A DNA stretch of 64,000 nucleotides from Dehalococcoidia bacterium (lineage in GTDB: Bacteria; Chloroflexota; Dehalococcoidia; SM23-28-2; HRBIN24), in the NCBI GenBank assembly GCA_025062275.1, contig JANXAP010000007.1, positions 113,779-177,778 of the forward strand, given 5' to 3'. Made by a program: the position numbers and the translations under genes. How positions within the stretch are numbered: the first letter of the stretch is position 1; each line of letters starts with the position of its first letter. The notes below the pieces were generated by a model. It had not been told where the DNA came from. It saw only the letters and a program-made list of their open reading frames with translations, and did not search any database. Below are positions 45,969 through 53,442 of this stretch, piece by piece.

Positions 45969-47885
45969 GTGGCCGAGCTGGTGAGCCCCATCGTGCGCCG
46001 CATGCAGGAGGATGCTCGACGCGACCCGGGTGCCTTCTGGTCGCGCGCGGCCGAAGAGCTGCACTGGTTCCGCAAATGGGACGAGCCTTTCGTATGGCAG
46101 CCGCCCACCTTCCGCTGGTTCGTAGGCGGCCAGACGAACCTGGCCTTCAACTGCCTTGACTACCACGTGCAGCGGGGGCGAGGAGGCCAGGCCGCCCTGA
46201 TATACCTGAACGAACGGGGGGAGAGGCAGGTCTTCACCTACGCCCAGCTGAGGCGAGAGGTGGAGCGGGTGGCCGCTGCCCTGCGAGGACTGGGGATGGG
46301 CCGGGGCGACCGCCTGACCATATATATGCCCGTATGCCCCGAGGCCATCGTCCTGATGCTGGCGACGGTGCGCATCGGCGCCATCCACTCGGTGGTGTTC
46401 GCCGGCTTCGGTGCCCAGGCACTGGCCGACCGTATAGCAGCCAGTGGCTCGCGCCTGGTCTTCACCGCCGATGTGGCCTACCGCCGAGGCGGACAGGTGC
46501 GACTGAAGGAGGTGGTAGACCAGGCCCTCGCCCTCAGCGGCGATGGAGTAGAACGAGTCGTGGTGCTGAGGCGCACCGCCGACGGCGCCCCCATGACGCC
46601 CGACCGCGATCTGCTCTGGCAAGAGTTCCTGCGCAGGGGCGAAGGCCAGGACGGGGGCCATGTGGTCATGGAGGCCAACGGCCCGGCCTACATCCTGGCC
46701 ACCTCGGGCACCACCGCCCGCCCCAAGCTGGCGGTCCATGTCCACGGCGGCTACCAGGTGGGCATATACAGCTCGGCCCGATGGTGCTTCGGTCTGCGCC
46801 CCAGCGATGTCTGGTGGGCCACCTCCGACATCGGCTGGGTCGTGGGCCACAGCTACATCGTTTACGCCCCCTTGCTGATGGGGTGCACCACCGTCGCCTA
46901 CGAGGGCGCTCTCGACTACCCCGGGCCGGAGGTGCTTTGGCGGGTGGTGGAGGAGTTCGGGGTCACGGGCATCTTCACTTCGCCCACGGCAGTGCGGCTG
47001 CTGATGCGCTATGGCGAAGAGGCAGCCCGAGGCTTCGACCTGTCCTCGCTGGAGCGGGTCTTCTGCGCCGGCGAGGTGCTGAATGCCCCCGCCTGGGAGT
47101 GGCTGCAGAAGGTGGTGCTCCAGGACCGTATACCCGTCATCGACCACTGGTGGCAGACGGAAACGGGCGGGCCCGTCATCGGGAATCCGTACGGGCTGGG
47201 CATGCTGCCCATCAAGCCTGGCTCAGCGGGGGTGCCCCTGCCCGGGATGGAGGTGGCCATCATGACCCCCGAAGGCCAGGAGGTGGGACCGGGGGAAAAG
47301 GGTATACTGGTCATCAAGCGGCCCTTCCCCAGCCTCACACCCACCCTGTGGGGAGAGCCGGAACGCTATGCCAAGGACTACTGGCAGCGCATCCCCGGCG
47401 TTTACTTCACGGGGGACTCGGCCCACCTGGACGAGGACGGCTACGTCTGGTTCGCGGGCCGGGCGGACGAGGTCATAAAGATCGCCGCCCATCGCATCGG
47501 CACCATCGAGGTGGAATCGGCCTTCCTCAAGCACCCGGCGGTGGCCGAGGCAGGGGTCACCGGGCGGCCCGACCCGGTGCGCGGGGAGGTGATCTCGGCC
47601 TTCATCGCCCTCAAGCAAGGTCAGCAGCCGTCGGAACAGCTCAGGAGGGAGTTGCTGGAGACGGTGCGACGGGAGCTGGGGCCGGTGGCGGTGGTGGGAG
47701 ACATCAACTTCGTGGCCATGTTGCCCAAGACTCGCTCGGGGAAGATCATGCGCCGGGTGCTGAAGGCGGTGGTGCTGGACCGCGACCCGGGCGATATATC
47801 CACCATCGAGGACGAGGGGTCAGTGGAGGAAGCTCGCCAGGCCTGGCTGCAGATGCGCCAGGAGATAGGACAGGTCAGCGACTAG
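45969..47885 (+). CDS. AMP-forming acyl-CoA synthetase paralogue (acetate/propionate--CoA ligase family)
   Basis: [58 protein letters not shown]. The GTG start is preceded by GGCAGGAGGGGAG. Confidence 0.9.
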   Translation: MAELVSPIVRRMQEDARRDPGAFWSRAAEELHWFRKWDEPFVWQPPTFRWFVGGQTNLAFNCLDYHVQRGRGGQAALIYLNERGERQVFTYAQLRREVERVAAALRGLGMGRGDRLTIYMPVCPEAIVLMLATVRIGAIHSVVFAGFGAQALADRIAASGSRLVFTADVAYRRGGQVRLKEVVDQALALSGDGVERVVVLRRTADGAPMTPDRDLLWQEFLRRGEGQDGGHVVMEANGPAYILATSGTTARPKLAVHVHGGYQVGIYSSARWCFGLRPSDVWWATSDIGWVVGHSYIVYAPLLMGCTTVAYEGALDYPGPEVLWRVVEEFGVTGIFTSPTAVRLLMRYGEEAARGFDLSSLERVFCAGEVLNAPAWEWLQKVVLQDRIPVIDHWWQTETGGPVIGNPYGLGMLPIKPGSAGVPLPGMEVAIMTPEGQEVGPGEKGILVIKRPFPSLTPTLWGEPERYAKDYWQRIPGVYFTGDSAHLDEDGYVWFAGRADEVIKIAAHRIGTIEVESAFLKHPAVAEAGVTGRPDPVRGEVISAFIALKQGQQPSEQLRRELLETVRRELGPVAVVGDINFVAMLPKTRSGKIMRRVLKAVVLDRDPGDISTIEDEGSVEEARQAWLQMRQEIGQVSD

Positions 47886-47915
47886 ACGATGCCACCTGTC
47901 TGGAAACGGGTAGCC

Positions 47916-47944
47916 TTGAACGGACGGCGCCCCGGCCGCAGAAT
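47916..47944 (+). promoter_or_regulatory. Candidate promoter upstream of a small membrane-peptide ORF
   Basis: TTGAAC (47916..47921), a 17-nt spacer, then CAGAAT (47939..47944). Confidence 0.3.
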
Positions 47945-47977
47945 ATAGGGCGGAACCCCTCTGCCCGGGGAGAGAAG

Positions 47978-48073
47978 ATGGACGACCTGCGGGGATTCTG
48001 GGTGCTGGTCTTCATACTGGTCACCATCGTGGTGAGCCTCGCTCTCGGGGGCCTGGTCAGCCTGTTCAGCTAG
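47978..48073 (+). CDS. Candidate 31-aa single-TM peptide
   Basis: ATG 47978 is preceded by GGGGAGAG. Translation: MDDLRGFWVLVFILVTIVVSLALGGLVSLFS. Third-position GC is high, as in the flanking genes. Confidence 0.35.
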   Translation: MDDLRGFWVLVFILVTIVVSLALGGLVSLFS

Positions 48074-48188
48074 CGGGAGGCTCCCCCCGTTCCGAGCGCC
48101 GTTCCAGCACCACCAGCAACACCGTCGATATCGTCATCAGCACGTAGAGCACTATCAAGGCCGCTGCTACAGCGATGGCCTCGGTCAC
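48066..48188 (-). CDS. Candidate 40-aa single-TM peptide, convergent with and overlapping the previous one by 8 nt
   Basis: GTG 48188 is preceded by GGGGGTGGGAG, with a perfect TATAAT at 48214..48209. Translation: MTEAIAVAAALIVLYVLMTISTVLLVVLERRSERGEPPAS. Confidence 0.35.
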   Translation of the reverse strand: MTEAIAVAAALIVLYVLMTISTVLLVVLERRSERGEPPAS

Positions 48189-48379
48189 GGCTCCCACCCC
48201 CGAGGCCAATTATAGCCCGCTACGAGGCAGCCGTTGTCCTGCCCAGCCCCACAGGCAACGGGTTGCCAGCCTCTCCTGGCCCCGGCTATCATGGTGTCAG
48301 ACAGGGCAGCCCCGGCGGACGGCCTCCACCGTCCGCGACCGCACTGGTAAGCTGTCATCTCATCCGTCGGAGGCCGCCG

Positions 48380-48613
48380 ATGGCTGCGGGGCTGTCGTGG
48401 TTGCTGGTAGCGATAGCATCGGCCGTTAGCGGGGCCGCCCTCCTGGCCCTGGGCCTCTCCCTGCACGTGCTCCCCGTGCTCGTCTCCCCCCTGGGCGGGG
48501 CATTGCTGGCGGCCCTGGGCCTGCTGCTGGGCGGAGCTTTCCTGTTCTGGGTGTGGCTGGGACGGGCGCTGGAGCGCGCCCTGCGCCGGCCCTGGAACGG
48601 GAACGCCGGCTGA
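48380..48613 (+). CDS. Candidate 77-aa membrane protein (two TM helices)
   Basis: ATG 48380 is preceded by GGAGG with a 6-nt spacer. Translation: MAAGLSWLLVAIASAVSGAALLALGLSLHVLPVLVSPLGGALLAALGLLLGGAFLFWVWLGRALERALRRPWNGNAG. Confidence 0.45.
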   Translation: MAAGLSWLLVAIASAVSGAALLALGLSLHVLPVLVSPLGGALLAALGLLLGGAFLFWVWLGRALERALRRPWNGNAG

Positions 48614-48628
48614 GGGCGCGCTGATGCT

Positions 48629-50314
48629 CTACGGCTGTCCCGATCCCAGCTCGTCCAGCAGGCGGGCGAGAGCGGACGCCCTGTCCTCGGGGCCGCCCAG
48701 CCGGGCGAGGGCCGTCATCTCCCACCACCGGTCGCGGGCCAGCACCCTCGTAGCTGCCCGCCCGCCCTCGTCCAGGTAGACCACATAGATATCGGCGTCG
48801 CCGGTCAGCGCCGCGTCGATAGCGCCCAGGCGCTCATGGCCCCAGCAGGCCGGACAGCGATAGGTCTCGGGTCGTTCCAGCACGGTGTAACGGCCGTACA
48901 GGTCGCTCTCGCTGAAAGGCTCCTCCAGGGCGAAGGGGAGCGCCCATGCCCACAGATAGGCGCGTCCATAGTTGCCAGGAACGTCCAGAATGACGATCGA
49001 GCCGGGTGGCGCTGTCCGCGTTGCCACTTCCGCCTGCTGCGTGAACTCCCGCGAGAGACGCGCCGCTGCGACCCAGTCGCTCTGGTGTTCGGCCAGTCCC
49101 AGCGAGAAGGGCACGAGGAGCAGGGCGACCGCTGCCCCTGCCGCCACGGCCGCCCTCGGCCGCAGGCATGAGACGGCCAGTGCCAGAAAGACCGCCAGGC
49201 CAGCCGAGGGCAGCAGCAGATAACGGTGGCTGTGAGGCGAGTAGGCCACCAGCGTGGGCAGCAGCACCAGCAGGTGCCACACGGGGCCGAAGAATACGGC
49301 CTTTCCCAGCCACCCCTGGCCCCTGGCACGGGCCGCCGCCAGTACCCCCACCAGCGACGCGGCCACGACCGTCCAAGCGAGGGCAGTGGGGAGGGGCCGC
49401 AAGGGCGGCAGCAGCTCCCACAGGTAGTACCCTTGACGTTGCAGGAAGGCACGCACCGCCTCGACCCCGAGCATGTCCTCCCGGAGGGTGCTATCGAAGG
49501 CCAGATGGCGGATGGAGACGTATCCTGCCAGGAGGGCGAAGAAGGGAAAGTGGACCAGCAATGCCCGCGGCCGCAGCGGGCGAAGACAAAGCAGGTCGTA
49601 GGCCACCAGCAGGAAGGGCAGGGTGACGGATATCTCCTTCGAGAAGAGGGCCAGGGCAAAGGCCAGAAAGGACAGTCCGCCCAGCCAGAGACGCCCTCGC
49701 GTCCTCAAAAGGAGGAGGCAATAGAATGCGGCCAGATAGAACGTGACCGAGATGACGTCCACCCGTGCCGCTATCCATGACACCGCCTCCGCATGGGCAG
49801 GCGCGAGGGCAAAGAGCAGGCCTGCCAACAGTCCCAGCAACCCCGATCCGCCGGTGATCTCCCGAGCGATGAGGAGGACCAGCACCGCCGCCACGGCATG
49901 AAAGGCCATATTGGTGAGATGGTAGCCTGTCGGGTCCAGTCCCCACAGGAGGCCGTCAAGGCGATAGCTCAGGCCGATGATGGGACGGATCTCGTCCAGC
50001 GGGTGCCCCCACAGGCCGCCGGACCAGTCGTCCACGAAGAGCCGCGGAAAGTCCGAAAGGGGCCGGGCATGGAAGATGCGCACGAAACCGAAGTCGTCGG
50101 AGAGAAAGTAGCCTTTAGCAGAGGGCAAATAGGCCAGAAAGGCGATGGCCGCCAGGAGGGCGGCGCCTGCTGCCAGGGAGATCCTCGCAGTCAGGGTGTT
50201 CGGTAGAGCCGTGGTCACGCCCTGGGCCAGTATAGCCCCGGGGCCGGGCAGGGGCCAGTCATCAAGAGAGGAAGGGACTAGAACGGGGCAGCGGCCTGGC
50301 CCCTTTCGCCTCAT
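48629..50314 (-). CDS. Polytopic membrane protein, GT-C-type glycosyltransferase-like (PMT/TMTC-like N-terminal region)
   Basis: There are many TM helices. The first loop carries YFLSDDFGFV (a DD/DxD-like motif), followed by GYHLTNMAFHAVAAVLV, as in protein O-mannosyltransferase-like GT-C enzymes. No TPR tail is present. Confidence 0.5.
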   Translation of the reverse strand: MRRKGPGRCPVLVPSSLDDWPLPGPGAILAQGVTTALPNTLTARISLAAGAALLAAIAFLAYLPSAKGYFLSDDFGFVRIFHARPLSDFPRLFVDDWSGGLWGHPLDEIRPIIGLSYRLDGLLWGLDPTGYHLTNMAFHAVAAVLVLLIAREITGGSGLLGLLAGLLFALAPAHAEAVSWIAARVDVISVTFYLAAFYCLLLLRTRGRLWLGGLSFLAFALALFSKEISVTLPFLLVAYDLLCLRPLRPRALLVHFPFFALLAGYVSIRHLAFDSTLREDMLGVEAVRAFLQRQGYYLWELLPPLRPLPTALAWTVVAASLVGVLAAARARGQGWLGKAVFFGPVWHLLVLLPTLVAYSPHSHRYLLLPSAGLAVFLALAVSCLRPRAAVAAGAAVALLLVPFSLGLAEHQSDWVAAARLSREFTQQAEVATRTAPPGSIVILDVPGNYGRAYLWAWALPFALEEPFSESDLYGRYTVLERPETYRCPACWGHERLGAIDAALTGDADIYVVYLDEGGRAATRVLARDRWWEMTALARLGGPEDRASALARLLDELGSGQP

Positions 50315-50321
50315 CCCCCTC

Positions 50322-50346
50322 TGGGGCAGAGGTGGGATTCGAGCTG
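50322..50346 (-). repeat. Partial duplicate of the 3' half (T-loop to acceptor end) of the adjacent tRNA-Met
   Basis: The minus strand reads TCGAATCCCACCTCTGCCCCA, versus TCGAATCCCACCCCTGCCACCA in the tRNA. The copy is about 40 nt downstream of the tRNA 3' end, and no matching 5' half is present. Confidence 0.55.
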
Positions 50347-50386
50347 GGCTTACTCCACGGACTGGCGGCCTGTGAGCCAGCCTCTC

Positions 50387-50461
50387 TGGTGGCAGGGGTG
50401 GGATTCGAACCCACGGCGCACGGCTTATGAAGCCGCCGCTCTACCGCTGAGCTACCCTGCC
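50387..50461 (-). tRNA. tRNA-Met (anticodon CAT; elongator-type, or possibly Ile2 if lysidinylated)
   Basis: Acceptor GGCAGGG/CCCTGCC, D arm GCTC..GAGC, anticodon arm GCGGC-TTCATAA-GCCGT, T arm GTGGG-TTCGAAT-CCCAC, discriminator A, encoded CCA. It lacks the initiator features (a 1:72 mismatch and three G:C pairs in the anticodon stem). Confidence 0.88.
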
Positions 50462-50542
50462 ACCACTACGGGCCGGGACCCACCGGCCAATACCATCATG
50501 GCAGCACCGCCCACGGCAGGCAAGACACCGCACATACACGGC

Positions 50543-51289
50543 TCAGCGCAGGGGGCGCTTGGCCGGGATGCCGGGCCGTCGAGGGTAGCGCTCCGGCGTC
50601 GGGGCGACCTTTCGCACCACCAGGAGCATCGGCGCCGTCCCTTCGTAGGGCAGCGGAAGGGGCGCCAGGTACACCACCTGTCCCCCGCACTCGGCCAGGG
50701 CCCTCCTGGCCTCCTCCACCTCCTGCCGTACTCTCTCACCCTTGGGGCTGACCAGATGTCCACCCACCCTGAGAAAGGGAAGGGCCAGCTCGGCCAGCAC
50801 CGGCAAAGGTGCCACCGCTCGCGCCAGGGCCAGATCGTAGCCCTGCCGATGGCGAGGGTCGCGGGCTACCTCCTCGGCCCTCCCCCAGACCACCTCCACG
50901 TCGCCCAGGTTCAGACGGGACAGCAGGCGACGCAGGAAGTCGGTCTTGCGCCGTTCCGAGTCCAGCAACGTCAGGCGCAGCGAGGGCCAGACTATGCGCA
51001 GAGGCAGGCCGGGCAAGCCAGCACCGGTCCCGACATCTATGGCCCGCACTGCCTCTGCAGGGGAGAGCAGGCCCAGCCTCTCTAGCTCCACACCCAGGGC
51101 CAAAGACTCCAGGAAGTGACGCCGCTGGACTTCGTGGGGGTCATCGATAGCCGTCAGGTCGGCGGCCGGCGATTCCCGAAGCAACTCGTCCAGATAGATG
51201 GCGAAGGCCTCCATCTGGGGCGGCGAGAGGGACAGGCCCAGGGCCTCGGCGCCCCGGGCCAGCACCGTCAGGGCCGAGTTCCCGTTCAC
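50543..51289 (-). CDS. rsmG: 16S rRNA (guanine527-N7)-methyltransferase
   Basis: HFLESLAL, the SAM motif IDVGTGAGLPGLPL, LLDSERRKTDFL and GRAEEV. Confidence 0.9.
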   Translation of the reverse strand: MNGNSALTVLARGAEALGLSLSPPQMEAFAIYLDELLRESPAADLTAIDDPHEVQRRHFLESLALGVELERLGLLSPAEAVRAIDVGTGAGLPGLPLRIVWPSLRLTLLDSERRKTDFLRRLLSRLNLGDVEVVWGRAEEVARDPRHRQGYDLALARAVAPLPVLAELALPFLRVGGHLVSPKGERVRQEVEEARRALAECGGQVVYLAPLPLPYEGTAPMLLVVRKVAPTPERYPRRPGIPAKRPLR

Positions 51290-51331
51290 GTTGACCCGCC
51301 CTCGTTGCCGTCCCTAGAATTGAATGATGCC

Positions 51332-52108
51332 ATGAGCGAGATCACCCTGCGTCAGGCGGCCGAACGCTATCTATCCTCCTCCGACCAGAGGGGCGAGGGG
51401 GCACGGTCGGCGGTGGAGGCCTTCGTCCGCTGGTGCGGCGCGGATACGCCCCTGAGCCGATTGACCCCTCAGGACGTGGCCCGCTACGTGGAGGAGCTGG
51501 GCAGCAGCCACGAGGCGCGCCGTCGGGCCGAGGAGCTGCGGGCCTTCCTCTCCCAGCTGCGGCAGTGGAGGCTCATCGACCAGAGCCTGGCCCAGCACGT
51601 GCGGCTGCCCCGCTCCCGCGCTCCCAGGCAGCTGGCCAGCAACGACCTGCCGCCTATCGAGATGACGGCCGAGGGCTACGCCGCCCTGCAGCAGGAGCTG
51701 GAGGCCCTCAAGGCCCAGCGCCCTCTCATCGCCGAGGAGATCAGGCGGGCCGCCCTGGACAAGGACTTCCGCGAGAACGCCCCCCTGCAGGCCGCCCGCG
51801 AGAAGCAGTCCCACCTGGAGACGCGGATCCGCGAGCTGGAGTCCATGCTGCGAAGGGCCGTCATCGTCGATGACCGGGGGGACGGCCAGCGCGTCCAGCT
51901 GGGCAGCACCGTCGAGGTGCGCAACCTGAACACTGGCGCCACCGCCCGCTACACCATCGTGGGGCCGGCCGAGGCCGACGCCAAGGCGGGGAAGATCTCC
52001 AGCGCCTCACCCGTGGGCCGGGCGCTCCTCGACCGACGAGAGGGAGACGAGGTGGAGGTCGAGGTGCCCGCTGGCCCCCTGCGCCTGCGCATCGAGCGCA
52101 TCGAGTGA
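51332..52108 (+). CDS. greA: GreA-like transcript cleavage factor with an N-terminal extension of about 100 aa
   Basis: The C-terminal 155 aa resemble GreA: a coiled coil with DKDFRENAPLQAAREKQ (compare GDLSENAEYHAAKEEQ), then the FKBP-like domain GSTVEVRNLNTGATARYTIVGPAEAD...ISSASPVGRALLDRREGDEVEV. ATG 51332 lies 12 nt after a TAGAAT box. Confidence 0.75.
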   Translation: MSEITLRQAAERYLSSSDQRGEGARSAVEAFVRWCGADTPLSRLTPQDVARYVEELGSSHEARRRAEELRAFLSQLRQWRLIDQSLAQHVRLPRSRAPRQLASNDLPPIEMTAEGYAALQQELEALKAQRPLIAEEIRRAALDKDFRENAPLQAAREKQSHLETRIRELESMLRRAVIVDDRGDGQRVQLGSTVEVRNLNTGATARYTIVGPAEADAKAGKISSASPVGRALLDRREGDEVEVEVPAGPLRLRIERIE

Positions 52109-52156
52109 CTGGCGCGCCACCGGGGCGGGCCGAGGCCGCCGCGATCGTAGCCGCCC

Positions 52157-53299
52157 CTAGCGCTGGTCGATGGGCACGTATTCCAGGTCGAGAGGCCCGG
52201 AGTACTGGAGCAGCGGCCGGATGAGGATGTTGTCCTGCATCTGCTCCAGCACATGGGCGCACCAGCCGGGCATGCGGCCGATGGCGAACATCGAAATGAA
52301 CAGGTCCTCGGGGATGCCCAGCAGGTAGTAGACGGCGCCGGCGTAGAAGTCCACGTTCAGGGAGATGCCGCGGGAGCGCAGCGGCGCCGTCACCTCGGCC
52401 ACTCGCTCCAGTATCTGATACCACTTGGGCTGACCCAGCTTCTCGCCCAGGACACGGGCACGTTCGCGCATGTGGCGGGCCCGAGGGTCCTCCACCCGGT
52501 AGACACGGTGCCCCATGCCCATGATGCGCCGCCCCTCCGCCAGCATCCGCTGGATGTACTCGTCCACCCGCTCCGGCTCGCCTATCTCCTCGATCATGTG
52601 CATCACGGCCTCGGCAGCCCCGCCGTGCAGCGGCCCCTTGAGGGTGCCGATGGCGCTGACGATGGCCGAATGGATATCGGAGCCGGTGGAGGCCGTGACG
52701 CGGGCGGCGAAGGCGGAGGCGTTGGACCCGTGCTCGGCATGCAGGATGAAGTCCATGTCGATGGCGTCCACCGCCTCAGCGTCGGGCTCGCGCCCGTGCA
52801 GCATGTAGAGGAAGTTGGCAGCGTGGGACAGGTCCTCCCGCGGAGGCACCGGCTCCAGGCCACGGCGAATGCGGTCGTGAGCGGCCACGATGGTAGGCAC
52901 CTGCGCCGTGAGCCGCTCGGCCTTGCGCAGGGTCGCCTCATAGGAGGTGTCGGCCGTCTCGGGATCGAAAGCCGCCAGCGCCGAGACGGCGGTACGCAGC
53001 ACGTCCATGGGGTGTGCCTTCTGGACCACCCGAATCACGTCCAGCACCGGTGCCGGCACGTGGCGACTGCGCCGGAGACGGCGGTCCATCTCCTCCAGCT
53101 CGGAGCGAGTGGGGAGACGCCCGTAGAGGAGGAGATAGGTCACCTCTTCGAAGGTGGAGTGCTCGGCCAGGTCGTGGATGTTGTAGCCGCGATAGTAGAG
53201 CTTGCCTGCCTCGCCGTCGATATGGCAGGTGCTGGTGGTGTCCAGCAGGACGCCCCGCAGGCCGCGGGCGATCTCCGGCGCGCTGGTGGGCTGGCTCAT
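52157..53299 (-). CDS. gltA: Citrate synthase (short, about 380 aa, citrate/2-methylcitrate synthase type)
   Basis: ATG 53299 is preceded by GAGGGAGG. Motifs are LYYRGYNIHDLA, ILHAEHGSNASAF, GPLHGGA and GMGHRVY. Confidence 0.9.
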   Translation of the reverse strand: MSQPTSAPEIARGLRGVLLDTTSTCHIDGEAGKLYYRGYNIHDLAEHSTFEEVTYLLLYGRLPTRSELEEMDRRLRRSRHVPAPVLDVIRVVQKAHPMDVLRTAVSALAAFDPETADTSYEATLRKAERLTAQVPTIVAAHDRIRRGLEPVPPREDLSHAANFLYMLHGREPDAEAVDAIDMDFILHAEHGSNASAFAARVTASTGSDIHSAIVSAIGTLKGPLHGGAAEAVMHMIEEIGEPERVDEYIQRMLAEGRRIMGMGHRVYRVEDPRARHMRERARVLGEKLGQPKWYQILERVAEVTAPLRSRGISLNVDFYAGAVYYLLGIPEDLFISMFAIGRMPGWCAHVLEQMQDNILIRPLLQYSGPLDLEYVPIDQR

Positions 53300-53400
53300 C
53301 GTTCCTCCCTCGCCTGTGTTCCTGTCTGGGCGGGCCAGCGGCGCTTTTAAAACCCGCGAGGCCCCCCGCCCCACGGGCCGAGCGTCGTATAACCACACCC

Positions 53401-53442
53401 TATGGCCGCCATAATTATAGCCGCCGCTAAGGCGACTTACAA
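53401..53442 (-). promoter_or_regulatory. Candidate gltA promoter with an adjacent inverted-repeat operator
   Basis: The minus strand reads TTGTAA (53442..53437, overlapping the upstream TAA stop), a 17-nt spacer, then TATAAT (53419..53414). This is immediately followed by TATGGCGGCCATA (53413..53401; TATGG-N3-CCATA). A leader of about 100 nt follows. Confidence 0.5.

Noticed and set aside
46334-48073. 579-aa alternative-frame ORF running through the second acyl-CoA synthetase.
   Set aside because: It is an out-of-frame shadow of a conserved gene. Only its last 31 codons, after ATG 47978 and beyond the synthetase stop, were kept as a candidate small ORF.
50315-50386. Possibility that the sequence next to tRNA-Met is a second tRNA, a tRNA pseudogene with an intron, or the 3' end of a tmRNA.
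   Set aside because: No complementary 5' acceptor strand exists, and no D or anticodon arms can be drawn. The T-stem 5' strand is not conserved. The adjacent 1.7-kb ORF leaves no room for a tmRNA body.
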